DNA of 64,000 bases from assembly GCA_964580995.1 (NCBI GenBank), contig CAZOMV010000018.1, positions 55 through 64,054 on the forward strand. Reading direction: 5' to 3'. This document shows positions 1 to 9,352 of this stretch, piece after piece (positions within the stretch are counted from its first letter, which is position 1; the number at the start of each line of letters is the position of its first letter). The DNA comes from an uncultured Pirellulales bacterium. GTDB taxonomy: Bacteria > Planctomycetota > Phycisphaerae > Sedimentisphaerales > SM23-30. The translations under genes were made by a program, and so were the position numbers. The notes beneath the pieces are model-generated. The model was not told the DNA's origin. It saw only the letters and a list, made by a program, of their open reading frames with translations, and searched no databases.

Positions 1-141
1 CACAATTGGGAAGAAAGATGGTATGCGCAGCATACCCTATCGGCTGGGCACTAATAAAATAATTTAATGCACCCGATGTTCGCTTCCCATTCATAGCAGT
101 ACATAGCGGGGGGGGAGAGACCCTATCGCACCTTTTTAAAA

Positions 142-169
142 TTGACAATTCCTTTTGGATGCCTACTAT
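142..169 (+). promoter_or_regulatory. putative sigma70-type promoter, TTGACA-N16-TACTAT
   Basis: Exact TTGACA at 142-147 and TACTAT at 164-169 in AT-rich DNA upstream of nuoA. Motif only. Confidence 0.3.
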
Positions 170-243
170 AAAAATATATGTAATGACATTGGATACTCGA
201 GGTAAGATACCTTTAAAAAGTGCATAAAAAGTGCAAAAGATTC

Positions 244-272
244 TTGACATACGCCATAAATATGACTAAAAG
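244..272 (+). promoter_or_regulatory. putative sigma70-type promoter, TTGACA-N17-TAAAAG
   Basis: Exact TTGACA at 244-249 and TAAAAG 17 nt downstream, about 100 nt upstream of the nuoA ATG. Confidence 0.3.
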
Positions 273-372
273 CAGACGAAATTCCGGCTTTTACAGAAAA
301 AGTGATATTGTGATACAGGTTAGCATAAGGAATACCTAGGTTTTCTTCCTAACTAGTCTGAATGGAACAGAT

Positions 373-723
373 ATGGAATATTTTTTTGTACTTTTGTTCA
401 TAGGACTCTCCGCCGTTTTTGTCTTGTGCGGCCTGGGTGCTTCCTATCTGCTGGCACCGCACCGGCCCAACCGAATCAAGAATTCACCGTATGAGTGTGG
501 GGAAAAGCCGGTGGGACCCGCCTGGATCCAATTCAATGTTGGATATTATCTTGTAGCGCTGTTGTTTTTGGTGTTTGATGTGGAGGCGGCGTTTTTATAT
601 CCGTGGGCGGTGGTTTTGCAGGAGGTGGGGATAGTCGGCCTGATTGAGATCGGCATATTTCTGCTGATTTTGGTGCTGGGTCTGGCTTATGCCTGGAAGA
701 AAGGTGCGTTGGAATGGGTGTAG
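373..723 (+). CDS. nuoA: NADH-quinone oxidoreductase subunit A
   Basis: 116 aa, 3 TM. PYECGE and FDVE..FLYPW signatures. First gene of a colinear nuo operon. Confidence 0.9.
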   Translation: MEYFFVLLFIGLSAVFVLCGLGASYLLAPHRPNRIKNSPYECGEKPVGPAWIQFNVGYYLVALLFLVFDVEAAFLYPWAVVLQEVGIVGLIEIGIFLLILVLGLAYAWKKGALEWV

Positions 724-1409
724 TCACCGATGCACTGCCCGGATTGGTAGAAAACCTCCCCGGCGGCTCCCTTCTGATTACTTCGGTCGATGCGATTATG
801 AACTGGTCGCGAAGCAACAGCCTGTGGCCATTGGCCTTCGGGACGAAATGCTGTGCGATTGAGGTGCTTATGGCTACCGGTGCTCCGCATCAGGATATGT
901 CGCGATTTGGGGCTGAAGTTGCCCGCCAGACGCCCCGACAGGCCGATTTGATGGTAATAGCGGGTGCGATTGTTAAAAAAATGGCCTCCCGGATGAGGCT
1001 GTTGTATGATCAGATGGCCGAGCCGCGTTATGTGATAGCGACCGGATCGTGTGCGATATCGGGTGGGCCGTTCCTGTATAATTCCTACACCATCGTGCGC
1101 GGTGCCGATGAAGTGGTTCCGGTGGATGTGTATGTGCCGGGCTGTCCGCCCAGACCGGAGGCGTTTTTCTACGGTTTGCTTACCCTGCAAAAGATGATAC
1201 GGGAGGGAGAGTCGATCCGGCATCCCCAGGTGCGGAAAAAACCGGTTCTCTCCCGGCTGCCTTCGGGAATTACCATCCAGGATATCCAGCAGGAAATGCA
1301 ATTGCAACTGATCCAGGATAATACGATTGACGTGGAGCGTGCGGCCCGGGAAAAGAGTTGGGCCAAAAAGGTAGAGCAATGGATCGACAAACCCTCGAAC
1401 AATCCGTAA
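714..1409 (+). CDS. nuoB: NADH-quinone oxidoreductase subunit B, with C-terminal extension
   Basis: FGTKCCAIE, GSCAISGGPF and VPGCPPRPEA cluster-N2 cysteine motifs. 10-nt overlap with nuoA. About 70 extra C-terminal residues. Confidence 0.9.
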   Translation: MGVVTDALPGLVENLPGGSLLITSVDAIMNWSRSNSLWPLAFGTKCCAIEVLMATGAPHQDMSRFGAEVARQTPRQADLMVIAGAIVKKMASRMRLLYDQMAEPRYVIATGSCAISGGPFLYNSYTIVRGADEVVPVDVYVPGCPPRPEAFFYGLLTLQKMIREGESIRHPQVRKKPVLSRLPSGITIQDIQQEMQLQLIQDNTIDVERAAREKSWAKKVEQWIDKPSNNP

Positions 1410-1840
1410 TCGTGTCTGAACCGGCCGCTCAACTGCGGAATGCCTCTGACCGGGCGACGGTGGAAATCGAGCCTGAGAAGCTTATTTCGCTGATGCACCG
1501 GCTGCGCGAGGATAAGGCGTTTTCCTTTGATTTGCTGCTGGACCATACCGCGGTCGATTATGTCGATCAGAATCGTTTCGAACTGGTCTATATGCTCTAT
1601 TCGCTGGAGCATGGCCATCACCTGATCGTGTGTACCATCGTTAGCAGGGAAACGCCGGTGGTACCCAGTGTCAGCCGTATCTGGCCCGGGTCGCATTGGC
1701 AGGAGCGTGAGGTGTTCGATCTTTTTGGCATTCTCTATGAAAATCATGATGATCTGCGAAGGCTTTTTCTGGATGATGACTGGAAAGGGTATCCTTTGCG
1801 AAAAGATTATAAAGATGATTATATGCTGGAGTTACCGTGA
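1379..1840 (+). CDS. nuoC: NADH-quinone oxidoreductase subunit C
   Basis: WQEREVFDLFGILYENHDDLRRLF 30-kDa subunit motif. ATG at 1379 preferred over the TTG at 1358. Overlaps the nuoB 3' end by 31 nt. Confidence 0.8.
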   Translation: MDRQTLEQSVIVSEPAAQLRNASDRATVEIEPEKLISLMHRLREDKAFSFDLLLDHTAVDYVDQNRFELVYMLYSLEHGHHLIVCTIVSRETPVVPSVSRIWPGSHWQEREVFDLFGILYENHDDLRRLFLDDDWKGYPLRKDYKDDYMLELP

Positions 1841-3000
1841 CGATTCGAGTCAAAACGCTGGATGAGCTGCTCGCCGAACCGGCAGTTCCGCCCCAGGTCC
1901 AGGATACGCAGGAATTCTACGTCAATATGGGCCCCCAGCATCCCATTGCGCACGGCTCGCTGCGACTGGTCCTTTTGCTGGCTGGCGAGACCATATGCAA
2001 AGTGATTCCCGTGCCGGGTTTTGTGCATCGCGGCATCGAAAAGATGTGCGAGCATCTGACTTACCGGCAAATCATTCCTCTGACCGACCGTATGGATTAT
2101 CTATCCGCCATCATGAATAACTGGGTGGTGGCCAAAACCGTCGAACACGCGGCCGGGATAGAAACCAATGAACGGATTGAGACGATCCGTACCCTCATGG
2201 CGGAATTGCAGCGGCTGCAAAGTCATGTGCTGTGGTGGGGAGTGCTGGGGATGGACCTGGGAGCCTTCACGGCCTTTTTATATTCCTTCCGCGACCGTGA
2301 AATCATCGGCGAGATATTTGAAGAGACCATCGGGGCCAGGCTGACCATGAATTATATTCAACCCGGCGGGCTGATGTACGATGTGAATGCGGATTTTGCG
2401 GATAAGGTGAAAAAGCTGATTCGCTATCTTCGGCCGGTCATCGATGAATATGATACGCTGCTTTCGGGGAATATTATCCTGCAGGAACGGCTTCGCAATA
2501 TCGGAATCCTGACGGCGGAAAGGGCGGTTGGTTTGGGCTGCACCGGTCCGGTGCTGCGGGGCAGCGGGGTGGCGTATGATTTACGCAAACTGGAACCTTA
2601 TGGTGTTTATGACAAAGCCGATTTCGATGTGGTGGTCGGCAGTACAGGCGATTGCTGGGACCGCTACTCTGTTCGGATTGCGGAAATGCGTCAATCTTTG
2701 AATATTCTCGAACAACTGATCGACAACATTCCAGCCGGCATCCCTATGGTGCTCAGATACCCTGCGAAAATCAAACTGCCGCAGGGAAGTTATTATGGCC
2801 ATATCGAGACCGCACGCGGAGTACTGGGTGTATTTATTGTTTCCGATGGCAGCAGCGAAAAACCGTATCGCCTCCATTTCCGTTCGCCGAATTTCAATAA
2901 TCTCTGGGCCGTTACCGAGCTGGCTCCCGGCTGGCGAATTGCGGATTTGATTGCGATCCAATCGAGTCTTGATCTTGTGATACCTGACATTGACCGCTGA
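1837..3000 (+). CDS. nuoD: NADH-quinone oxidoreductase subunit D
   Basis: NMGPQHPIAHGSLRL and ETARGVLGVFIVSDG motifs, C-terminal DIDR. GTGA start/stop overlap with nuoC. Confidence 0.9.
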   Translation: MTIRVKTLDELLAEPAVPPQVQDTQEFYVNMGPQHPIAHGSLRLVLLLAGETICKVIPVPGFVHRGIEKMCEHLTYRQIIPLTDRMDYLSAIMNNWVVAKTVEHAAGIETNERIETIRTLMAELQRLQSHVLWWGVLGMDLGAFTAFLYSFRDREIIGEIFEETIGARLTMNYIQPGGLMYDVNADFADKVKKLIRYLRPVIDEYDTLLSGNIILQERLRNIGILTAERAVGLGCTGPVLRGSGVAYDLRKLEPYGVYDKADFDVVVGSTGDCWDRYSVRIAEMRQSLNILEQLIDNIPAGIPMVLRYPAKIKLPQGSYYGHIETARGVLGVFIVSDGSSEKPYRLHFRSPNFNNLWAVTELAPGWRIADLIAIQSSLDLVIPDIDR

Positions 3001-3011
3001 GGCAGACAGTA

Positions 3012-4133
3012 ATGAACGTGATAATCATAAAACAATTTTTGACAATGCCGGCAGGTGCCGTTGAGACGGCCACAATGGCGCAGCGTGCCCAGCAGGCACT
3101 GGGCGAGCATCCCTGGATCGCGGTCGGATATATGCTGCTGTCGCTGGTAATCATCGGAGCTATGGTGGCATTTCTGGGTATATCTTTGATATATGTCGAG
3201 CGGAAAGTCGCCGGTCATTTCCAGTGCCGGCTGGGGCCTATGCGGGTCGGGCCTCACGGAATCTTTCAAACCGTCGCCGACACCCTCAAGCTGCTTTTCA
3301 AGGAAGATATGGTCCCTACCGATGCGGATAAGGTCATGCACCTGGTTGCCCCGTTTTTGTCGCTTAGCGCAACGGTACTTATCCTCGGGATCATCCCCTA
3401 TAGCCGGAACTGGCAGATTGCCGATATTCATATCGGGGTGCTCTATGCTTCTGCCGTCGGCGGCCTGGGGGTCATGGGAACCCTGCTGGGCGGCTGGAGT
3501 TCGAATAATAAATGGTCGCTTGTGGGCGGCATGCGTGCGGCGGCCCAGGTGATCTCCTATGAAATATCGGCCACTCTGGCGATTTTGGTAGTGGTGCTTT
3601 TTGCGGGAACATTGTCCTTATCGGGTATTGTGCATAGCCAACTGGCGGGTTGGTGGATCTGGCGGGCGCACGGTGTGGGGCTGCTGGCGTTCCTCCTGTT
3701 CGTAATCGCCTCGACCGCCGAGATCAACCGCACGCCATTCGACATACCCGAAGGTGAATCGGAGCTGACCGCCGGATTCCATACCGAATATTCGGGCCTG
3801 CGGTTTGCCTTTTTTTTCCTGGCTGAATTTATTGCCATGTTTGTGGCTTCGGCACTGGCGGCAACCTTGTTTCTGGGCGGGTGGACCCCGCTGTTTATCG
3901 GCGGATTCCAGGGCTTCAATCAGGTAATGGCCCTCATTCCCACGCCCATCTGGTTTCTCGGCAAGACCGCCTTTCTGATATTTGTTTTTATGTGGTTCCG
4001 CTGGACGTTTCCGCGTTTGCGGGTGGACCAGCTCATGCATCTGGAGTGGAAGATCCTGCTGCCGATCGGCTTTTTGAACCTGATGGCGGCGGCCGTGGTA
4101 GTATTGACAAAATTTTACTTTTTTCCCCGTTAG
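3012..4133 (+). CDS. nuoH: NADH-quinone oxidoreductase subunit H
   Basis: ERKVAGHFQCRLGPMRVGP and EGESELTAGFHTEYSG motifs; polytopic membrane protein. Confidence 0.9.
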   Translation: MNVIIIKQFLTMPAGAVETATMAQRAQQALGEHPWIAVGYMLLSLVIIGAMVAFLGISLIYVERKVAGHFQCRLGPMRVGPHGIFQTVADTLKLLFKEDMVPTDADKVMHLVAPFLSLSATVLILGIIPYSRNWQIADIHIGVLYASAVGGLGVMGTLLGGWSSNNKWSLVGGMRAAAQVISYEISATLAILVVVLFAGTLSLSGIVHSQLAGWWIWRAHGVGLLAFLLFVIASTAEINRTPFDIPEGESELTAGFHTEYSGLRFAFFFLAEFIAMFVASALAATLFLGGWTPLFIGGFQGFNQVMALIPTPIWFLGKTAFLIFVFMWFRWTFPRLRVDQLMHLEWKILLPIGFLNLMAAAVVVLTKFYFFPR

Positions 4134-4142
4134 TTGACTGAA

Positions 4143-4844
4143 ATGAAAGCGATAGAACAATATAGAGAACAACGGACCATTGCGGGTAAGCAAGTCTGGG
4201 TTACCGTGGTAAAATCCCTGAATCGGGCGGCTCCGGTTCCCTCGGCCCTAGGCAGTCTGCTGAAAGGATTGCGGCTCACGCTGGGATATTTTATCAGGCC
4301 CTCACGGATCGTGACCAGGCAATACCCCGAGAATCGCCAGAGCCTGTCTTTTCCGCCGCGGTACCGAGCCAGACTGCATCTTATACATCAGGCCAATGGT
4401 TTCCACAAGTGCACGGCCTGCCGAATGTGTGAAAAAGCCTGCCCCAATGCCAGTATTAAGATCCTGGGCCGCAAGGGCGCAGTCACCGGAAAAACGGAAC
4501 TTGACCATTATATCTGGAGGATGGATTCCTGCCTCCTGTGTAATGCGTGCGTGCAGGCCTGTCCGTGCGGCGCCCTGGCCATGGGGCCTGAGTTTGAAAA
4601 TGCGGTATATGATCGTCGTTTATTGATTTTCAATCTGAACCGGTATGCCGGACCGCCGGCCTCGGTTCTGGAAAAAGCCGAATATGCCAAGATGCGCGAG
4701 CAGATGATGGAGCCGCGGGAGGCATACCTCGGTCCGGTTCCGTTCCATGGGGCCCCCACGCCCGCGGCAAGCCCGAATGTCAAACTGGTGCCAGGGGATG
4801 ACAGTAGTACAAAGGTACGGATTCCGCCGGGAGAAAACCGATGA
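4143..4844 (+). CDS. nuoI: NADH-quinone oxidoreductase subunit I (2x4Fe-4S), extended at both ends
   Basis: CTACRMCEKACP and CLLCNACVQACP ferredoxin motifs. ATG at 4143 (alternative TTG 4134). About 230 aa against the usual 160-180. Confidence 0.8.
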   Translation: MKAIEQYREQRTIAGKQVWVTVVKSLNRAAPVPSALGSLLKGLRLTLGYFIRPSRIVTRQYPENRQSLSFPPRYRARLHLIHQANGFHKCTACRMCEKACPNASIKILGRKGAVTGKTELDHYIWRMDSCLLCNACVQACPCGALAMGPEFENAVYDRRLLIFNLNRYAGPPASVLEKAEYAKMREQMMEPREAYLGPVPFHGAPTPAASPNVKLVPGDDSSTKVRIPPGENR

Positions 4845-5461
4845 TGACTGATGCTGTATTCACAATACTATTCTATATGATGGCAGCCGCTGTCGTATCG
4901 CTGGCGATTGCGGTAACCGTGTCGCGCAGATTGTTGCGGGCGGCAGTCTATCTCATGGGCGTGCTTTTACTAAGTGCGGGATTTTACCTCATGCTCGGGG
5001 CCGAGTTCCTGGCCGGCATCCAGGTGCTGGTATATGTCGGGGGTATCGTGGTGCTCATTGTTTTTGCGATCATGCTTACCCGGTCAACCGGATTGGAGCT
5101 GGATCATCCGCCGTTGCGCCGAATCATTCCGGCAGCGCTGGCCAGTGTGGTATTTGCGGTAATGACCGGATTCCTTTTGGCGACTTCGCCATTTCAGTCT
5201 GCCGTCAATACCGTATCGGTGCCCGACGGATCGGCGCAGGCGATCGGGCGAAAACTTCTGGATACCGGCAGCGGGGGGTACGTGCTGCCGTTTGAAATCA
5301 TTTCCCTGTTGTTACTGGCGGTTACCATCGGCGGTATTGTCATTGCCAGAAAAACGCCTCCTTCCGGACAGCCGTTTACCAGCGGCGGGGATTTGGCGGG
5401 CGAAGCGGATTTTCAAAAACCAAAACGGCAGCGTCCCGAAGGTGCGGAGAAGCCCATATGA
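4841..5461 (+). CDS. nuoJ: NADH-quinone oxidoreductase subunit J
   Basis: 206 aa, 5 TM, VLVYVGGIVVLIVFAIML core. ATGA overlap with nuoI. Confidence 0.85.
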   Translation: MMTDAVFTILFYMMAAAVVSLAIAVTVSRRLLRAAVYLMGVLLLSAGFYLMLGAEFLAGIQVLVYVGGIVVLIVFAIMLTRSTGLELDHPPLRRIIPAALASVVFAVMTGFLLATSPFQSAVNTVSVPDGSAQAIGRKLLDTGSGGYVLPFEIISLLLLAVTIGGIVIARKTPPSGQPFTSGGDLAGEADFQKPKRQRPEGAEKPI

Positions 5462-5790
5462 TCGAATACCTTGCCAGCCATCAACCTACGGTCCATCACT
5501 GGCTGATGGTATCCAACCTCCTGTTTGCCATCGGATTATTTGGTGTGCTTTCCCGGCGAAACGCCATTGCGGTTCTGATGTCGGTGGAACTGATGCTCAA
5601 CGCGGGAGCTTTCAATTTTGTTATTTTCAATACCTTTATCAATCCCGTTGCCGTCGATGGCCAGATTATGTCGATATTCATCATCGCCGTCGCCGCGGCT
5701 GAATCGGTGGTGGGTATGGCAATCTTTGTGGCCCTGTTCCGCTACCGCGGCACCGTCGATGTCAACCGGATGGATACCATGAAAGAATAA
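5458..5790 (+). CDS. nuoK: NADH-quinone oxidoreductase subunit K
   Basis: 110 aa, 3 TM, MSVELMLNA motif. ATGA overlap with nuoJ. Confidence 0.85.
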   Translation: MIEYLASHQPTVHHWLMVSNLLFAIGLFGVLSRRNAIAVLMSVELMLNAGAFNFVIFNTFINPVAVDGQIMSIFIIAVAAAESVVGMAIFVALFRYRGTVDVNRMDTMKE

Positions 5791-7782
5791 ATGGGTATGG
5801 ATCACTTACACTTTGTACTTAGACATGCCTGGCTGGTGCCTGCGATACCGCTGGTTTCGTGTGCGATTGTCGGATTGCTGCTGCGGCCCTTGGCACGCCG
5901 AGCGGCCGCGATCACCGCTACGGGAGCGATTTTTTGCAGCGCCGTGCTTGCCGGCATGATAGCCTGGCAATATTTTAAGCTGCCGGCCGGACAGGGACAT
6001 ACCGCCCTTGTGCCCTGGTCATTTGAATGGCTTCGCTACCAGACGGGCCTGAGTGTGCATGTCGGTGTTATGCTGGATCCGATTTCGGTGCTGCTGTTGA
6101 TTGTGGTTACTACCGTCAGTGCCCTGGTGCATCTCTACAGTATCGGCTATATGCGCGGCGAGGACGGCTATGGCAGGTATTTTACCTATCTCAATCTTTT
6201 TACCTTCAGCATGCTGGGCCTGGTTGTGGCGCCGAATATCGTGCAAATGTACATCTGCTGGGAACTGGTCGGCGTAAGCAGTTTTCTGCTGATCGGATTT
6301 TATTATCAGCGTCCCTCGGCGGTCGCCGCCTCCAACAAGGCATTTATTGTAACACGCTTTGCGGATCTGGGATTTTTGATCGGGATCTTGATACTAGGCT
6401 TCTATGGGTATCGCTTTTTCCGTGAATTGGCTCCGGTCTCCTCCCTGGCAGCCGGCGGGATAACCCATCTCCAGCCGTTTGATTTCGCCTATCTGACCAG
6501 CCCGCCGTTTCTCGAAAAACTCGCCGCCACGGGCTTTGGTATGGGCGATGTAAGTGTTCTTACCGCGGCGATGGTGCTGGTGTTTATGGGAGCTTGCGGC
6601 AAAAGCGCGATGTTCCCGCTGCATATCTGGCTGCCGGACGCTATGGAAGGCCCCACGCCGGTATCGGCATTGATTCACGCCGCGACTATGGTGGTGGCCG
6701 GTGTGTACCTGGTGGCCAGATTGTTTCCGGCTTTCGCGGTAAGCGGCAGTGCCCTGGTAGTGGTGGCCTATGTGGGAGCGTTTACCAGCCTTTTCGCCGC
6801 ATTGATCGCGATTACCCAGGACGATATCAAACGGGTGCTGGCCTTTTCCACCTTGAGCCAGTTGGGTTATATGATGCTGGCCCTGGGTGTCGCATCGATG
6901 GACCAGCCCCAGGGCTTTACCGCCGCGATGTTCCATCTATTCACCCACGCCTTCTTCAAAGCCCTGTTATTTTTAGGGGCCGGTGCCGTCATTCACGCGG
7001 TATGCACCAACAATATCTGGGAAATGGGCGGTCTGGCCAAAAAAATGCCTTGCACGCATTTGACTTTTCTGGTGGCGACACTGGCGATTGCGGGTATCTG
7101 GCCGTTTGCCGGCTTCTTTTCCAAGGATGAGATATTGGGGGCTGCGCTGGCGGGCGGCCATTACGGGCTGTTTGCCAGCTCCCTGCTGGTGGCGGTGTTG
7201 ACGGCGCTGTATATGTTCCGCATTTATTTTGTGGCCTTCTGGCGTACCAGCACCAGCGAACCCGCTCATCATGCCCACGAGGCCCCGCTGGTAATGCTCA
7301 TTCCGCTGCTCATTCTGGCCTTGCTCAGTTCGGTCGCCGGTTTTATTCCCGTGGGCGAGTATGTGGGAATCGGCTCCGAGGCCGTGCATCCTGGCATTAA
7401 TTTTGCTGTTGCGATTCCTGCGACGGCAGCGGCCTTGTCGGGTATGGCGGGTGCCTGGTTCTTCTATGGCTCCCAGACTCGGCGTGCGGCGGCGGTGGCG
7501 GAAAATTTAGGGCTGCTCTACCGCATCCTAAAACGGAAATTCTACATCGATGAGGCCTATCTTTTCATTACGCGCAGCCTGATCTTCCAATTTGTGTCCC
7601 GGCCCATCGCCTGGTTCGATCGCCATGTTGTCGATGGCGGCGTTAACCTCAGTGCGTGGCTGACACGCACGAGCGGCTCGCAATTGCGGCATTTGCAAAC
7701 CGGGCAGGTACAGGTCTATGGCTTGTGGCTCGTCGTCGGCGTGATGGGTGTGCTATTGATTGTATGGGCCGCGTTGCGGTAA
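5791..7782 (+). CDS. nuoL: NADH-quinone oxidoreductase subunit L
   Basis: 663 aa antiporter-like subunit, WLPDAMEGPTPVSALIHAATMVVAGVY motif. Starts directly after the nuoK stop. Confidence 0.9.
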   Translation: MGMDHLHFVLRHAWLVPAIPLVSCAIVGLLLRPLARRAAAITATGAIFCSAVLAGMIAWQYFKLPAGQGHTALVPWSFEWLRYQTGLSVHVGVMLDPISVLLLIVVTTVSALVHLYSIGYMRGEDGYGRYFTYLNLFTFSMLGLVVAPNIVQMYICWELVGVSSFLLIGFYYQRPSAVAASNKAFIVTRFADLGFLIGILILGFYGYRFFRELAPVSSLAAGGITHLQPFDFAYLTSPPFLEKLAATGFGMGDVSVLTAAMVLVFMGACGKSAMFPLHIWLPDAMEGPTPVSALIHAATMVVAGVYLVARLFPAFAVSGSALVVVAYVGAFTSLFAALIAITQDDIKRVLAFSTLSQLGYMMLALGVASMDQPQGFTAAMFHLFTHAFFKALLFLGAGAVIHAVCTNNIWEMGGLAKKMPCTHLTFLVATLAIAGIWPFAGFFSKDEILGAALAGGHYGLFASSLLVAVLTALYMFRIYFVAFWRTSTSEPAHHAHEAPLVMLIPLLILALLSSVAGFIPVGEYVGIGSEAVHPGINFAVAIPATAAALSGMAGAWFFYGSQTRRAAAVAENLGLLYRILKRKFYIDEAYLFITRSLIFQFVSRPIAWFDRHVVDGGVNLSAWLTRTSGSQLRHLQTGQVQVYGLWLVVGVMGVLLIVWAALR

Positions 7783-7801
7783 TTCTGGAGAATAAAACCT
7801 G

Positions 7802-9340
7802 ATGGGCTTTGTAAGCTGGCTGATCGCTATACCATTCCTGACTACCCTTGCCATTGTGGCGGTGCCCCGAAAGCGGGAATCCCTGATCCGCTGGATCGCG
7901 GCGACAGGCTGTGGCCTGCATCTGCTGCTCACCGCTTTTGTGACCTTTACCTTCTGGCAGGCCGCCTCCGCCGATCCCTCTGCCCCCAATCTGATAAGCA
8001 AGCTCTACCTCGTGGAGCGGATCCCCTGGTTTCGCTCCCTGGGCATTCAGTATTTTGTGGGTCTCGACGGCATTTCAATGGCGATGGTGATTCTTACCAG
8101 TGTCATTATCTTTGCCGGCGTGCTGGCCAGTTGGTATGTCGAGGTGCGCCGAAAAGAATTTTTCGCGTTACTGCTTATTCTGGTAACCGGTGTATTCGGG
8201 GTATTTGTCAGCTTTGATCTTTTCCTTTTTTTTATGTTCTACGAGCTGGCGGTATTGCCGATGTACTTGCTCATCGGGGTCTGGGGCACCGGTCCCAAAG
8301 AATATTCCGCCATGAAACTCACGCTGATGCTGCTGGTGGGCAGTGCCTTTGTGCTGGTGGGATTCCTGGCTATGTATCACGCCTCCGGTTTGCATACCTT
8401 TGACCTGCAACAACTGGCCACGGTCCATTTTTCCAGTAATTTCCAGAGATGGATCTTCCCGATGGTCTTTGTAGGTTTTGGTGTGATCGGGGCATTATAT
8501 CCGTTTCATACCTGGTCGCCGGATGGGCACAGCTCGGCACCTACCGCGGTTTCCATGCTCCATGCCGGCGTGCTGATGAAGCTGGGCGGTTATGGTGCGC
8601 TGCGGATCGCTGTTTACCTGATGCCGGAAGGCGCAACCATGTGGGGATTGATCTTTATGGTCCTGACCACCATCAACATTATCTATGGGGCTTTTGGGGC
8701 AGTCGTGCAAAAGGATTTGAAATATTTCACGGCCTATTCCTCCGTAAGCCATTGCGGATTTGTGCTCTTTGGGGTTGCCGCTCTCAATATGATGGCCTTT
8801 AAAGGCGCGGTGATCCAGATGTTCAGCCATGGCATCATGACCGGCCTGTTCTTCGGCCTGATCGGCATGGTTTATGGCCGCACGCATACCCGGAACATCG
8901 ATGAAATGGGAGGCCTTGCCAAAAAAATGCCGTGGCTGGCAACCATGTTCTATATCGCCGGTTTGGCCAGTCTAGGTCTGCCCGGCCTGTCCGGCTTCAT
9001 CGCCGAATCGCATGTATTCCTGGGCGGCTTTTTTGGCAATCCCTGGACCAATAGCACGGTGACGGGAATCTTGACCATTATCGCCACGATGTCCATTGTG
9101 GTAACCGCCGTATATGTCCTGCGCGGCCTCTCCCGGGTGTTCTATGGCCCGATTACCAATTCCCATTTCGAGCATCTGGGCGATGCGACCTGGCCGGAGC
9201 GGATATCGACCGGTATTCTGTCGCTGATTCTGATCGCGGTGGGAATGCTGCCGTGGTTTTTTATCAATTTAATCGAAAGTTCGCTGGTTCCCATTCTGAA
9301 TCGGCTGCAGGAAACCTCATCGGCTGTCTTATTGCCTTAA
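7802..9340 (+). CDS. nuoM: NADH-quinone oxidoreductase subunit M
   Basis: 512 aa antiporter-like subunit, HTWSPDGHSSAPTAVSMLHAGVLMKLGGYG motif. Confidence 0.9.
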   Translation: MGFVSWLIAIPFLTTLAIVAVPRKRESLIRWIAATGCGLHLLLTAFVTFTFWQAASADPSAPNLISKLYLVERIPWFRSLGIQYFVGLDGISMAMVILTSVIIFAGVLASWYVEVRRKEFFALLLILVTGVFGVFVSFDLFLFFMFYELAVLPMYLLIGVWGTGPKEYSAMKLTLMLLVGSAFVLVGFLAMYHASGLHTFDLQQLATVHFSSNFQRWIFPMVFVGFGVIGALYPFHTWSPDGHSSAPTAVSMLHAGVLMKLGGYGALRIAVYLMPEGATMWGLIFMVLTTINIIYGAFGAVVQKDLKYFTAYSSVSHCGFVLFGVAALNMMAFKGAVIQMFSHGIMTGLFFGLIGMVYGRTHTRNIDEMGGLAKKMPWLATMFYIAGLASLGLPGLSGFIAESHVFLGGFFGNPWTNSTVTGILTIIATMSIVVTAVYVLRGLSRVFYGPITNSHFEHLGDATWPERISTGILSLILIAVGMLPWFFINLIESSLVPILNRLQETSSAVLLP

Positions 9341-9352
9341 ACGGAATTTACT